From contig OZ255726.1 of NCBI GenBank assembly GCA_965277405.1, forward strand, positions 2,048,001 to 2,112,000: DNA of 64,000 bases, written 5' to 3'. The notes under the pieces are model-generated. The model saw only the letters and a list, made by a program, of their open reading frames with translations. It did no database searches and had not been told where the DNA came from. Below are positions 41,921-52,220 of the stretch, piece after piece. Source of the DNA: Gammaproteobacteria bacterium. GTDB lineage: Bacteria > Pseudomonadota > Gammaproteobacteria > G965277405. The position numbers were made by a program, and so were the translations under genes. Numbering within the stretch: the stretch's first letter is position 1; each line of letters starts with the position of its first letter.

Positions 41921-42382
41921 GTGCAACAAAAATTACATAATGATTCATCCAGGCAGCACTGGATGAGTGTGCTAGCGCGTTCCACCGCGGATAAGTTGGC
42001 AGGCTACTGGCAAGATAACGCTACCAATATCACCTATCAATTCTTGCGCAAGCCAGAACGTGGTCTGGTTATGGTCCAAGGTCGCGCAGGTGGAACAGGT
42101 CAACGCTTTAATCTCGGTGAAATGACTGTCACCAGATGTAGTGTCAAGCTTGCCAATGGGCTGGTAGGGCATTCCTATATCAAAGGACGAGATTGCCAAC
42201 ACGCAGAGTTTGCCGCAGCATTTGATGCTCTTTTTCAGGATAAACAACAGTCACAATTGCTGCGAAATACCATGCTCGAAGAGTTAGACAGTAGCTATCG
42301 GGAGCAGCGACAAGCTCGATCGAAAAAGGCAGCTGCTACCAAGGTAGATTTTTTTACTATGGTGCGTGGAGAAGATGGATAA
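41921..42382 (+). CDS. phnG: C-P lyase subunit PhnG
   Basis: GRAGGTGQRFNLGEMTVTRC, ATKVDFFTMVRGED. Confidence 0.95.
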   Translation: MQQKLHNDSSRQHWMSVLARSTADKLAGYWQDNATNITYQFLRKPERGLVMVQGRAGGTGQRFNLGEMTVTRCSVKLANGLVGHSYIKGRDCQHAEFAAAFDALFQDKQQSQLLRNTMLEELDSSYREQRQARSKKAAATKVDFFTMVRGEDG

Positions 42383-42984
42383 TGGATAGTTCTAGCATAG
42401 ACATGTGTTGCGGTTTTCAAAACCCTGTTATCGACGCAACTATGTGCTTTCGCCTTATTTTAACAGCTATATCACACCCTGCACAACCAGTAGCGTTTCC
42501 TGCCAAGCTGCCAAGCTGCGATGTATTGAACGGCGCAGCTGTAGCCATCGTATTAACCTTGGGAGATGTCGATACCAACATTTATCTAGCCCCAGAATGT
42601 GACACTGCTGCTACGAGAGAATATCTAAAATTCCACACAGGATGCGCGATTACCGATACCCCATGCGCTGCAACATTCGCCGTGCTGACAGCGAAATCGA
42701 ATGTAGATATCCTCGATACGCTGCCACATGGCACAGACGAACATCCAGACCGTTCAGCTACAATAATTCTGCTGTGTGACGACATAACAAATGCTGCAGG
42801 GCATATTGTTAGCGGACCTGGAATTCAGGGTAAAAAGCACTTCAACGTCGCCAGGTTGCCTGAATTATTTTGGGATAAAATATTCATGAACCATACTTGT
42901 TTCCCGCGTGGGCTAGATTTTATTTTTGCAAGTTCTAGGCATATCGCAGCGCTTCCTAGAACCAGCAGATTGGAGCGTAGCTGA
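42382..42984 (+). CDS. phnH: C-P lyase subunit PhnH
   Basis: LKFHTG, GTDEHPDRSAT, SGPGI, FPRGLD, LPRT. Confidence 0.93.
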   Translation: MDSSSIDMCCGFQNPVIDATMCFRLILTAISHPAQPVAFPAKLPSCDVLNGAAVAIVLTLGDVDTNIYLAPECDTAATREYLKFHTGCAITDTPCAATFAVLTAKSNVDILDTLPHGTDEHPDRSATIILLCDDITNAAGHIVSGPGIQGKKHFNVARLPELFWDKIFMNHTCFPRGLDFIFASSRHIAALPRTSRLERS

Positions 42985-44084
42985 TGTATGTAGCAGTGAA
43001 GGGTGGCGAGAAAGCCATCGATAACGCCCATCACTATTTGGCGGCAGAAAGGCGGGGCGATACATCCGTGTTAGAGTTGACAATTGAGCAAATTAAACAA
43101 CAGATGAGCCGCGCAGTTAGCCGGGTTATGGCTGAAGGGTCATTGTTCGATGGTGATTTGGCAGCGCTTGCTATCAAACAATCGTGCGGGGATTTAATCG
43201 AGGCTATATTTCTAATTCGCGCATATCGCACCACCTTGCCACGGTTTGTGTATTCGAAAGCTATCAAAACTAGCGAGATGTTATTGGATCGTCGGATTTC
43301 AGCAACCTTTAAAGACTTGCCAGGCGGGCAAATCTTAGGGCCTACTTTTGATTACACCCATCGACTTATAAATTTTAGCTTAGCTGCGGATGGCGTGGAT
43401 GTTGCTGCTGCAGCAGAAGCCGACCTGCCGTTGGATAATGAAATGCCGCGAGTTTTAGAATTGCTAAACAGTGAAGGTCTAATCGAAGCTGCGATGACAG
43501 CTGGTGTTGATGACGCCGGTCCAGTTGGCGATTTAACGAGAGAGCCGCTGCAATTCCCTGCTGACCGCGATTTAAGGCTACAAAACTTGGCACGCGGCGA
43601 CGAGGGCTTCATGTTGGCGCTCGCGTATTCAACACAACGCGGTTATGCCAGAAATCATGCCTTTGTCGGTGAGATACGGCTAGGTGATGTCGCTGTTGAA
43701 ATCGAGCCTGAGGAATTAGGGTTCTCCATAGATATCGGCGATATAACTATCACCGAATGTGAAACCGTCAATCAGTTCATTGGCAGCAAAGCAATACCCC
43801 CGCAATTCACCCGTGGATACGGGCTGACTTTTGGGCATAACGAACGAAAAACAATCGCGATGGCGTTAGTGGATAGAGCGCTGCGCTGCAAAGAATTTGG
43901 TGAAGAACAGGTTGCAGCCGTACAAGACGATGAATTCGTGTTATCTCACAGTGATAACATTCAATCCACTGGATTTGTTGAACATATAAAACTTCCTCAT
44001 TACGTAGATTTTCAATCCGAGTTGGAGCTTATTCGCAAGCTACGTAATAAAATTTCAGAACAGCAATCCCACGCGGCAGAATGA
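42984..44084 (+). CDS. phnI: C-P lyase subunit PhnI
   Basis: MYVAVKGGEKAI, RRISATFKDLPGGQ, HIKLPHYVDFQ. Confidence 0.96.
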   Translation: MYVAVKGGEKAIDNAHHYLAAERRGDTSVLELTIEQIKQQMSRAVSRVMAEGSLFDGDLAALAIKQSCGDLIEAIFLIRAYRTTLPRFVYSKAIKTSEMLLDRRISATFKDLPGGQILGPTFDYTHRLINFSLAADGVDVAAAAEADLPLDNEMPRVLELLNSEGLIEAAMTAGVDDAGPVGDLTREPLQFPADRDLRLQNLARGDEGFMLALAYSTQRGYARNHAFVGEIRLGDVAVEIEPEELGFSIDIGDITITECETVNQFIGSKAIPPQFTRGYGLTFGHNERKTIAMALVDRALRCKEFGEEQVAAVQDDEFVLSHSDNIQSTGFVEHIKLPHYVDFQSELELIRKLRNKISEQQSHAAE

Positions 44085-44094
44085 TTTATAAACT

Positions 44095-44994
44095 ATGAAT
44101 GAAGATCAACATTACAATTTCGCTTATTTGGACGAACAAACAAAACGCATGATCCGCAGGGCAATTTTAAAGGCAATTGCAATCCCCGGTTATCAAGTAC
44201 CTTTCGCCAGCCGTGAAATGCCAATGCCGTATGGCTGGGGGACTGGTGGCATTCAAGTAACAGCTGCTATTATTTGTCCTAACGACTGCCTCAAAGTGAT
44301 CGACCAAGGCTCTGATGACACGACAAATGCCGTTAGCATTCGCAAGTTTATAAAAAAAACTACGAATGTGGAGACAACCTGCGCTACTGAAGAAGCAACC
44401 ATTATTCAAACACGCCACCGCATTCCAGAAACGCCTTTACAGGAAAACCAGATACTGGTGTATCAAGTGCCGATTCCAGAACCCTTACGGTTTTTAGAAC
44501 CGCGCGAAACCGAAACAAAAAAAATGCATGCCCTGGCAGAATACGGCCTGATGCATGTGAAACTGTATGAAGATATTGCCAAACATGGTGCTATCGCGAC
44601 AACTTATGCGTATCCAGTTACCGTGAATGGGCGCTATGTTACCGACCCTTCACCTATCCCAAAATTCGACAACCCTAAAATGAACCAAATGCCAGCTTTA
44701 CAGTTGTTTGGTGCCGGGCGGGAAAAACGCATTTACGCAATTCCGCCTTACACCGATGTGCAAAGTTTAGATTTTGAAGATTATCCGTTTGAGATCCAAA
44801 CATGGGATGAACCATGTGCACTGTGTGGGGTACGAGGCAGTTTTCTTGACGAAGTTGTGCTCAATGATACAGGCGGGCGCATGTTTGTCTGTTCAGATAG
44901 TCATTATTGTCAAACACGTCAAAATAATGGTCACATCGGCAGTATGTCGCCCACCTCTTGTGCCTATATTCAGCAAGTGGTAGCCAATGACTAA
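44095..44994 (+). CDS. phnJ: C-P lyase radical-SAM subunit PhnJ
   Basis: YNFAYLDEQTKR, IPGYQVPF, CX2C...CX5C cluster motif. Confidence 0.97.
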   Translation: MNEDQHYNFAYLDEQTKRMIRRAILKAIAIPGYQVPFASREMPMPYGWGTGGIQVTAAIICPNDCLKVIDQGSDDTTNAVSIRKFIKKTTNVETTCATEEATIIQTRHRIPETPLQENQILVYQVPIPEPLRFLEPRETETKKMHALAEYGLMHVKLYEDIAKHGAIATTYAYPVTVNGRYVTDPSPIPKFDNPKMNQMPALQLFGAGREKRIYAIPPYTDVQSLDFEDYPFEIQTWDEPCALCGVRGSFLDEVVLNDTGGRMFVCSDSHYCQTRQNNGHIGSMSPTSCAYIQQVVAND

Positions 44995-45766
44995 TCAAAA
45001 CCAATTGCTAAAAGTTACCAATGTTACGGTTAAATACGGGGACCGTATCGGCTGTACAGGCGTCTGCTTCGATTTGTTCCCCGGTGAAGTTTTAGGTATT
45101 GTTGGAGAATCTGGTTCGGGAAAGTCAACTTTGATGAATGCTGTATCTGGGCAACTCAAGCCATCGGCGGGGTCGGTTGACTATCACACCCGCGACCATG
45201 GTTGGGAAAATATTTTTTTGATCAGTGAGGTTGAACGCAGATTACTGATGCGCACTGATTGGGCGTTTGTGCACCAAAACCCACGGGATGGATTACGGAT
45301 GAATGTTAGTGCGGGCGCCAATATCGGTGAACGCTTAATGGGCATAGGCAAGCGCCACTATGGTAAGATACGTGCGGCAGCTACATCTTGGTTAGATAAA
45401 GTCGAAATCATTGCAGAGCGTTTGGACGATTTGCCATCTACTTTTTCTGGAGGCATGCAACAACGCTTGCAAATAGCGCGTAATTTAGTTTCAGAACCCC
45501 GACTGATTTTTATGGACGAACCAACTGGCGGTTTAGATGTTTCTGTGCAAGCGAAATTATTGGATCTGTTAAGGGGTTTGGTTACCGATTTAGGTTTATC
45601 AGCCATCATCGTTACCCATGATTTAGCCGTAGCAAGGCTGCTTTCACACCGCCTCCTTGTGATGAAAGATGGAAATGTTATAGAAAGTGGTCTCACCGAC
45701 CAAGTGCTCGATGATCCGCAACACGCTTATACCCAGCTTCTCGTTTCTTCTGTTCTCCAAGTTTAG
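44987..45766 (+). CDS. phnK: C-P lyase ATPase PhnK
   Basis: GESGSGKST, FSGGMQQRLQIARNLV. Confidence 0.95.
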   Translation: MTNQNQLLKVTNVTVKYGDRIGCTGVCFDLFPGEVLGIVGESGSGKSTLMNAVSGQLKPSAGSVDYHTRDHGWENIFLISEVERRLLMRTDWAFVHQNPRDGLRMNVSAGANIGERLMGIGKRHYGKIRAAATSWLDKVEIIAERLDDLPSTFSGGMQQRLQIARNLVSEPRLIFMDEPTGGLDVSVQAKLLDLLRGLVTDLGLSAIIVTHDLAVARLLSHRLLVMKDGNVIESGLTDQVLDDPQHAYTQLLVSSVLQV

Positions 45767-45775
45767 GGAAATAAT

Positions 45776-46480
45776 ATGACCGCAATGCTCAAAGCAGTAA
45801 ATGTCGCAAAAAACTTTACCTTACATGTGCAGCAGAACACCATTATCCCAGTATTCAAAGACATTAACCTAACCATCCAACAAGGCGAGTGTGTCGCCTT
45901 GACGGGGTCTTCTGGTGCTGGAAAAAGCACATTCATGCGTATGGTCTATGCAAATTATGTATGCCAGCAGGGGTCGATTTTTGTCCGCCATCGAGACGAT
46001 TGGGTCGATATGGTGAATGCGTCGGCGCACACGGTTTTAGACGTTCGTAACAAAACGATGGGCTATGTAAGTCAGTTTTTACGGGTCATTCCACGGGTTT
46101 CAACCTTGGACATTGTCGCCGAGCCTTTAAAATCAATCGGTATTGCTAAACAACAAGCAAACGCTACAGCTGCCAACCTATTGAACCAATTAAACATCCC
46201 CAAAAATTTATGGCAGCTTTCCCCGCTCACATTTTCTGGTGGAGAGCAACAACGCGTCAATATTGCGCGAGGTTTTATCGCAGCACATCCAATGTTGCTG
46301 CTCGATGAACCGACAGCATCTTTAGATACTGTTAATCGCGAAATTGTTCTACAGTTAATCAATGACGCCAAGGGGAACGGTACGGCGATACTCGGTATTT
46401 TTCATGATCAACCAGCGCGTGATGCTGTATGCAATCGTGAATTTGATATCTCAAAATTTAGGATCAAAAATCATGGATGA
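45776..46480 (+). CDS. phnL: C-P lyase ATPase PhnL
   Basis: GYVSQFLRVIPRV, TFSGGEQQRVNIARG. Confidence 0.95.
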   Translation: MTAMLKAVNVAKNFTLHVQQNTIIPVFKDINLTIQQGECVALTGSSGAGKSTFMRMVYANYVCQQGSIFVRHRDDWVDMVNASAHTVLDVRNKTMGYVSQFLRVIPRVSTLDIVAEPLKSIGIAKQQANATAANLLNQLNIPKNLWQLSPLTFSGGEQQRVNIARGFIAAHPMLLLDEPTASLDTVNREIVLQLINDAKGNGTAILGIFHDQPARDAVCNREFDISKFRIKNHG

Positions 46481-47615
46481 ACAAGTTTATACTAATGCAA
46501 AAATCGTCTTGTCCGACCAAGTTGTATTAGGAAGTTTATGTGTTAAAGACGGCGTAATATCAGATATTTCTGACGGTTCATCCAATATATCCAGCGGCAT
46601 CAATTGTAATGGTGACTATTTAATGCCTGGGTTTGTGGAACTGCATACAGATAATTTAGAAAAACATATGACCCCTCGCCCAAACACCGAATGGCCGCCA
46701 ACATCTGCTGTAATCGCCCATGACAACGAAATAGCTGCAGCCGGAATTACGACTGTTTTGGATGCCATTTCTTTGGGGGACATCAAGCATGGCAGCACAA
46801 GAATTCGCCGCTTAGACGAAATAATCGCAGCTGTCTGCGATGCAGCAGATCACAACTTGTTAAAGTCAGAACACTTGCTCCACCTGCGTTGTGAGGTAAG
46901 TTATGCTAATTTACCTAAAGCATTAAGCGATATTGTGCATAACCCGCGTGTCAAAATGCTATCAGTTATGGACCATACACCTGGGCAAAGACAGTTCGTC
47001 AATTTGGACGCCTACTATATTTTCTATCAAGGAAAATACGGACTTAGCGACGAGCAAATTGATGAGTTCATTCGAACAAGCAAGCGCGATAACAACCAAT
47101 TTGGTAAATTGCATCGGGACATGGTGGTTGCTATTGCCAAAGAAAATAAGATTGCTCTGGCAAGCCATGACGATGCAACCGTAGCGCATGTCAACGAAGC
47201 CAAAGATGATGGCGTGGTCGTTGCCGAGTTTCCAACAACGTTGGCTGCTGCAACTCATTCACATCAAGCAGGGATAAGCGTGATGATGGGCAGCCCCAAT
47301 ATTGTACGCGGCAAATCTCATGCTGGCAATGTATCCGCGCGCGCGTTAGCAGAACACGGGTATTTAGATATTATTGCCAGCGATTATGTCCCCCACAGTT
47401 TATTGCAAGCTGCAATGATTTTGTTTGATGATTTCCCAGAAATCAGCTTACCTGATGCAATCAAAACCATTAGTAAAACACCTGCTAATCGAATTGGCAT
47501 GGACGATCGCGGCGAAATAACACCAGGCAAACGCGCCGACCTTGTGCGGGTGCATCATTCACCGCATCACCCTATTATCCGTGGGGTTTGGTCGGCTGGG
47601 CAGCGCATTGCATAA
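46473..47615 (+). CDS. phnM: Ribose-1-methylphosphonate-5-triphosphate diphosphatase PhnM
   Basis: PGFVELHTDNLE, HLRCE, MDHTPGQRQF, ASHDD, ASDYVP. Confidence 0.95.
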   Translation: MDEQVYTNAKIVLSDQVVLGSLCVKDGVISDISDGSSNISSGINCNGDYLMPGFVELHTDNLEKHMTPRPNTEWPPTSAVIAHDNEIAAAGITTVLDAISLGDIKHGSTRIRRLDEIIAAVCDAADHNLLKSEHLLHLRCEVSYANLPKALSDIVHNPRVKMLSVMDHTPGQRQFVNLDAYYIFYQGKYGLSDEQIDEFIRTSKRDNNQFGKLHRDMVVAIAKENKIALASHDDATVAHVNEAKDDGVVVAEFPTTLAAATHSHQAGISVMMGSPNIVRGKSHAGNVSARALAEHGYLDIIASDYVPHSLLQAAMILFDDFPEISLPDAIKTISKTPANRIGMDDRGEITPGKRADLVRVHHSPHHPIIRGVWSAGQRIA

Positions 47616-48156
47616 ACCTGTTGGTAAATTAGTATTGGTAGTTGGTCCCAGCGGTGTTGGCAAAGATACGCTGATCAATCTCGCAAAAGAGCAACTAGCT
47701 GCCAAGGATGGGTTTCATTTTCCAACCCGCTACATTACCCGCAGTAAGGATGCTGGCGCAGAACAACATATCGCAATATCACCACAACAGTTTTGTGAGC
47801 TTAAAGCCCGCAATGAATTTATTTTATGCTGGGCTGCTCATGGTCTAAACTATGGTATTGCGAAGACCATAGACCAACATTTGGCAGCTGGTGAAACTGT
47901 GGTGGTCAATGTTTCTAGATCAGTGATTGAAGATGCTCAAAAGATTTTTGCGAATGTCAAGATTATTCATATTACGGCATCCAAAGCAACGTTGCTGCAA
48001 CGCTTGCAGTTGCGTGGTCGGGAAGCACCAGACTCCATTCTTACAAGGCTAAATCGGCTAGCAAACTATGATGTCTCAGGTAAAAATGTGCAAACAATTT
48101 ACAATGACGGATTATTAACGCATTGCTACGAAAAATTCGTAGGCGCGCTGTATTAA
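47608..48156 (+). CDS. phnN: Ribose 1,5-bisphosphokinase PhnN
   Basis: VVGPSGVGKDT, RYITR, WAAHGLNYG, NVSR. Confidence 0.9.
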   Translation: MHKPVGKLVLVVGPSGVGKDTLINLAKEQLAAKDGFHFPTRYITRSKDAGAEQHIAISPQQFCELKARNEFILCWAAHGLNYGIAKTIDQHLAAGETVVVNVSRSVIEDAQKIFANVKIIHITASKATLLQRLQLRGREAPDSILTRLNRLANYDVSGKNVQTIYNDGLLTHCYEKFVGALY

Positions 48157-48857
48157 CCGGTCAAAGCAATCCGCTTTAACAGCTGAAAATTCCTTCCTTG
48201 CCCTGGGTCCCCAAACACTGCAATAGTATCAATGGCAATTGGTTTAGTGATCATGGGGTTAAGTATTGGGCGGAGCAAATCGGCTAGCTGGTCGCATTGG
48301 TCCTTGCCAATAGCATTTGTCAGCGTTAGGTGGAAGCGAAACTCATCGAGCACAAATGGATACCCCCAGCGCACCAGCAGTGCGTCTTGGCGAGAAGTCA
48401 GCCCGTTCTGCCGTCTTGCAGCAAGGTTATTTTGCGTAAGTGGCATTCTATATTGATCTAAACCCTGCACACAAGCTGCGGCTAAATCGCTAAGCTCGAT
48501 CGATGTATCGGTTGGGGTTAGAGCCAAAAACTTGCCAATTGTTGTTAAACTAAAACCTCGGCTGAGATAACAGGGCGCGTGGTTGGCGGCTAGCTGTGCT
48601 GCCGCCTTAATAAAATTATTTTTGCTGTAACCCCAAGCCAACTCAAATGGGGGTTTGAGTGTACCATGAAACCCATAGCGTTTAGGTATACTGGTAATTT
48701 TCACAATTTCTTTCATTGCAAGACCAGCTATTGTTGGCCTTGAAATATCATATCCATGCACAGGGTCATGCCCTAGCCAGGCATTGCCGAATTCCCCTAG
48801 GGCATGTTCGCTGTTTGGGGCAAAGTAGATGGCGTAACGAAAAAAATCTTTCATCAA
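48153..48857 (-). CDS. DUF1045 family (2H-like) phosphonate-associated protein
   Basis: [34 protein letters not shown] (two HxT motifs). Confidence 0.88.
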   Translation of the reverse strand: MMKDFFRYAIYFAPNSEHALGEFGNAWLGHDPVHGYDISRPTIAGLAMKEIVKITSIPKRYGFHGTLKPPFELAWGYSKNNFIKAAAQLAANHAPCYLSRGFSLTTIGKFLALTPTDTSIELSDLAAACVQGLDQYRMPLTQNNLAARRQNGLTSRQDALLVRWGYPFVLDEFRFHLTLTNAIGKDQCDQLADLLRPILNPMITKPIAIDTIAVFGDPGQGRNFQLLKRIALTG

Positions 48858-49660
48858 GTAACCAGTTTCCGCAACCGTTGCGATAACATATCCAACAAGC
48901 TAACCGACACAATAATCAGCACAATCACCGCAGCAGTTTCTGCATAGTAAAAACCCCGAACATTTTCCCACAGCACCATACCTATGCCGCCAGCACCAAC
49001 AATTCCTAATACTGTTGCCGAACGCACGTTCGATTCAAAACGATACAAGCTGTAAGAAATCCAGAGAGGAAGCACCTGTGGTATCACCCCATATATGATT
49101 TCGTGGAGCGCATTTGCACCTGTTGCCCTAATCCCTTCTACAGGCATTGGATCAATAGCTTCTACTGCTTCTGAAAACAACTTCGCCAAAATACCAGTAG
49201 TATGTACCCACAACGCCAATACCCCAGCAAAAGGACCCAAACCAACAGCAACGACGAACAGCATGGCAAAGACCATTTCATTGATCGCCCGCGCGCAGTC
49301 CATTAAACGCCTCGTTGGTTGGCATATCCACCAAGGTACAATATTTTCAGAAGACATTATTCCAAAAGGGATCGATAAAACTATAGCAAGAAAAGTGCCC
49401 CAAATTGCTATTTGCATGGTGATCCATATTTCACTGACATACATTTTCCATTCCGTGAAATCAGGTGGAAAAAAACCAGCAGCATATTGCACAATATTGT
49501 CAGCATCACGGATTAAATCCATTGGGCGCATATCAGAGCCTTCCCATGATAAGGCGAGCAAGGCAAACAATATGCCCCATCCTACTATGTTAGTTGCGGT
49601 TCGTTTTAAATTTTTCTTAGGCACTTGAATATCTAAAAGTTTTGATGTGGCAATTGTCAT
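48854..49660 (-). CDS. phnE: Phosphonate ABC permease
   Basis: [25 protein letters not shown]. Confidence 0.94.
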   Translation of the reverse strand: MTIATSKLLDIQVPKKNLKRTATNIVGWGILFALLALSWEGSDMRPMDLIRDADNIVQYAAGFFPPDFTEWKMYVSEIWITMQIAIWGTFLAIVLSIPFGIMSSENIVPWWICQPTRRLMDCARAINEMVFAMLFVVAVGLGPFAGVLALWVHTTGILAKLFSEAVEAIDPMPVEGIRATGANALHEIIYGVIPQVLPLWISYSLYRFESNVRSATVLGIVGAGGIGMVLWENVRGFYYAETAAVIVLIIVSVSLLDMLSQRLRKLVT

Positions 49661-49681
49661 TTCATAGACCTCGATAGTTAT

Positions 49682-49970
49682 GGAAGCTCTGCTTAATTCG
49701 TTGATGGAGCGAGTTTACCTGCAATTGTCGATGGTTGCCAGGCGCATGCCGTAGCATATACTCCAATGGATGCAACTCAGCAAATACCTCAAAGCGCAAG
49801 TATATTGCAGAGTATATTGCAGAGTATATTGCAGAAAGCGACTGAAACACGCAGCGCTAAGTCGTTGCTGCACCTGATAATTCCAGCCAGTGTTAGCTGC
49901 GCATTTCTCTAATTTATATTCATTGTTGTTGCTTGCTGTTGCCCACCATGGGTCTTAATCAGATGTTGCC
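49682..49970 (-). mobile_element. MITE copy 7 (diverged), between phnD and phnE
   Basis: GGAAGCTCTGCTTAATTCG...TCTTAATCAGATGTTGCC; internal AGTATATTGCAG x3. Confidence 0.75.
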
Positions 49971-49982
49971 AATACAAGCAAA

Positions 49983-50010
49983 AAGAGCGTCACTCGACAG
50001 TGACGCTCTT
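49983..50010 (-). terminator. Hairpin/terminator after phnD
   Basis: AAGAGCGTCACT-CGAC-AGTGACGCTCTT with T-tail on the minus strand. Confidence 0.75.
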
Positions 50011-50024
50011 GCCGTCGATAAAAT

Positions 50025-51044
50025 TTATTGATGCGCTACAAGAACATCTAAATCAGCTAATTGTTTATCAATGGCAGCAATTTTTTTTGCTTTAGCAGTA
50101 GCCGACGCGCCTGTGCTATTTTCAATTTTCATTTTGTTCTTGAACAAAGCCAACTGACGGATTGGATACAACTGGGTATTATTACTCTCCATAAAGAAGC
50201 CGTAGCCATCGCTAATATTTGCTAATACTGCTTTGGCTTTTTCCACATTACCATAACGACCATAGGACAAGAAGAAGCCTTTGATACGCGATTTAAGTTC
50301 TTTTGACATGTCTTTACGATAAACTACAGGGTCTGATGGGATTAACGGCGATGTCCAAATTATTTTGATTTTTTTAGCTGCGGCTGGTGCTCTCAATTTA
50401 GAACGGGCAACTTGCTCTGAATTGTTCGCCGCGACGTCCACCTGTTTGTTGGCTGTCGCCATTAGGTTTGTTTCGTGATTAGCATTGCGGACAGTTTTAA
50501 AACATTTTTTAGGATTAATGCCATTTTGTGCAAACACATAATATGACGGCACTAGGAACCCAGAAGTTGAATTTGGGTCACCAATACCAAAATCCAAAGA
50601 TTTGTCACATTTAAAGATATCTTGCAGGCTATTTATTTCTGTATTATCAACATGCGTGATGATATGAGAATAGTAGCCTTGCGAGCCATCAGCTTTTGAA
50701 GTTTGCACAAACACTTCACCACCAGAGCGATCAACGGCTTCCATGCCAGATTTATTACCATACCAGGCAATATGCACCTTACCGAAACGCATCGCTTCGA
50801 TTACGCCGGCGTAATCAGGGGCGAAGAAAGGATTAACTTTGATTCCTATTGCTTCTTCCATGTCTTGCATAAAAGGAAGCCATTGTTCCTTTAAGCCAGC
50901 TGAAGATTCGGTAGCAATGATGCCGAAGTTAATCTCCTTTGGGTCTTCTGCTAGAGGTTTAAAGTTAGATGCTGTAGCTATTGTAGTCGCCAATACAGTG
51001 ACAGCTAACACAGTCGTCAATAAAAGATTTCGTAACATGTTCAT
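50025..51044 (-). CDS. phnD: Phosphonate ABC substrate-binding protein
   Basis: FGIIATES, DYAGVIEAMRF, DPNSTSG, ANHE, SPLIPSDP. Confidence 0.95.
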   Translation of the reverse strand: MNMLRNLLLTTVLAVTVLATTIATASNFKPLAEDPKEINFGIIATESSAGLKEQWLPFMQDMEEAIGIKVNPFFAPDYAGVIEAMRFGKVHIAWYGNKSGMEAVDRSGGEVFVQTSKADGSQGYYSHIITHVDNTEINSLQDIFKCDKSLDFGIGDPNSTSGFLVPSYYVFAQNGINPKKCFKTVRNANHETNLMATANKQVDVAANNSEQVARSKLRAPAAAKKIKIIWTSPLIPSDPVVYRKDMSKELKSRIKGFFLSYGRYGNVEKAKAVLANISDGYGFFMESNNTQLYPIRQLALFKNKMKIENSTGASATAKAKKIAAIDKQLADLDVLVAHQ

Positions 51045-51069
51045 ATACTCCAATATTTAGATTTAAAAA

Positions 51070-51996
51070 TTAGGCTGACCCAATTGCTTGAGCCGATTCT
51101 GTATGTATATTCACTCCCAAATTGGGAATGATTTCGTTTAGTTGTTGAGGTTGTTGTTGTTGGAGGAATTGTTGTTGTTGTTGGAGGAGGGATTGTTGTT
51201 GTTGGAGGGGTTGTTGTTTAGACATTGGCATGAGTTCAATGCTGTCATCGCCGTATAACTCACGCAAAAAAGCTGGCGTTAGTTGCTGGCTGGCACCATC
51301 AAACACAATTTGACCATCTCGCATCGCAATAGTACGCTGGCAATATTTTTTCGCATACGACACTTGATGGAGAGACACTAAAATAGTCGTCCCATTTTGT
51401 TGATTTATGCTATTTAAATTATCCATTACTTTTTTTGCAGAAGCGGGGTCCAAAGAAGCGACCGGCTCGTCTGCCAAAATCACCTTTGCGCCTTGCACAA
51501 TCGTGCGCGCAATGGCTGCGCGTTGTTGTTGCCCACCAGACAAGCTAGATGACCGTCGCGCCGCAAAATCACCCATCCCGACCCGTGCTAACGCTTGCAT
51601 TGCGCTTTGTTTTTCTCGTTTTGTGAAAATGCCACAAATCGTGCGCAGACTTGGCGCCTGTCCTAACACTCCCATGAGGACATTTGTCAAAACAGACAGT
51701 CTCGCTACCAAGTTAAACTGTTGAAAGACGACACCGATATCGCTGCGTGAGTTTCTAGCCCCTTTTGAAATTTTTCCATTCTCTTGAATGGCTTTCCCAA
51801 AAACTTCAATGCAACCAGGCTTGTTATCGGCGCATACTAACCCTGCGATGTGGCGGATCAGCGTCGACTTGCCAGAGCCAGACGCCCCGATCAACGCAAC
51901 CATCTCCCCCTGTGATACCCGAAAAGATACATCTTTAAGAGCTTGCGTCCCATCATTAAATGCTTTGCTCAAATTAGTTACTGAAATTGCTTGCAT
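51070..51996 (-). CDS. phnC: Phosphonate ABC ATPase with Gln-rich C-terminal tail
   Basis: GASGSGKST, FQQFNLV, LSGGQQQR, ADEPVASLDP; GGAG RBS before ATG 51996. Confidence 0.93.
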   Translation of the reverse strand: MQAISVTNLSKAFNDGTQALKDVSFRVSQGEMVALIGASGSGKSTLIRHIAGLVCADNKPGCIEVFGKAIQENGKISKGARNSRSDIGVVFQQFNLVARLSVLTNVLMGVLGQAPSLRTICGIFTKREKQSAMQALARVGMGDFAARRSSSLSGGQQQRAAIARTIVQGAKVILADEPVASLDPASAKKVMDNLNSINQQNGTTILVSLHQVSYAKKYCQRTIAMRDGQIVFDGASQQLTPAFLRELYGDDSIELMPMSKQQPLQQQQSLLQQQQQFLQQQQPQQLNEIIPNLGVNIHTESAQAIGSA

Positions 51997-52049
51997 AGTG
52001 TTCTCCATAACATCATTTGTTTTGATGCGGGTAGGATAGCCAGCTAGAG

Positions 52050-52079
52050 TTTCAGTTTTTATGAAGTATTTATGATGAT
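52050..52079 (-). promoter_or_regulatory. Pho box-like site upstream of phnC
   Basis: Minus strand TCATCAT-AAAT-ACTTCAT-AAAA-ACTGAAA, 11-bp period. Confidence 0.62.
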
Positions 52080-52220
52080 ATAGTGGCTGCAAGGCAATGG
52101 CTGCCAGATGAAGTGGGTAAATAGCAGCAGTAACAACCGCAGCGAGAGCTACCTTTAAAAATTTTAGGAGTGCAATATTATTCTTGTATGGAGGTTTAGA
52201 CCTGTAGCCACACAAATAAT

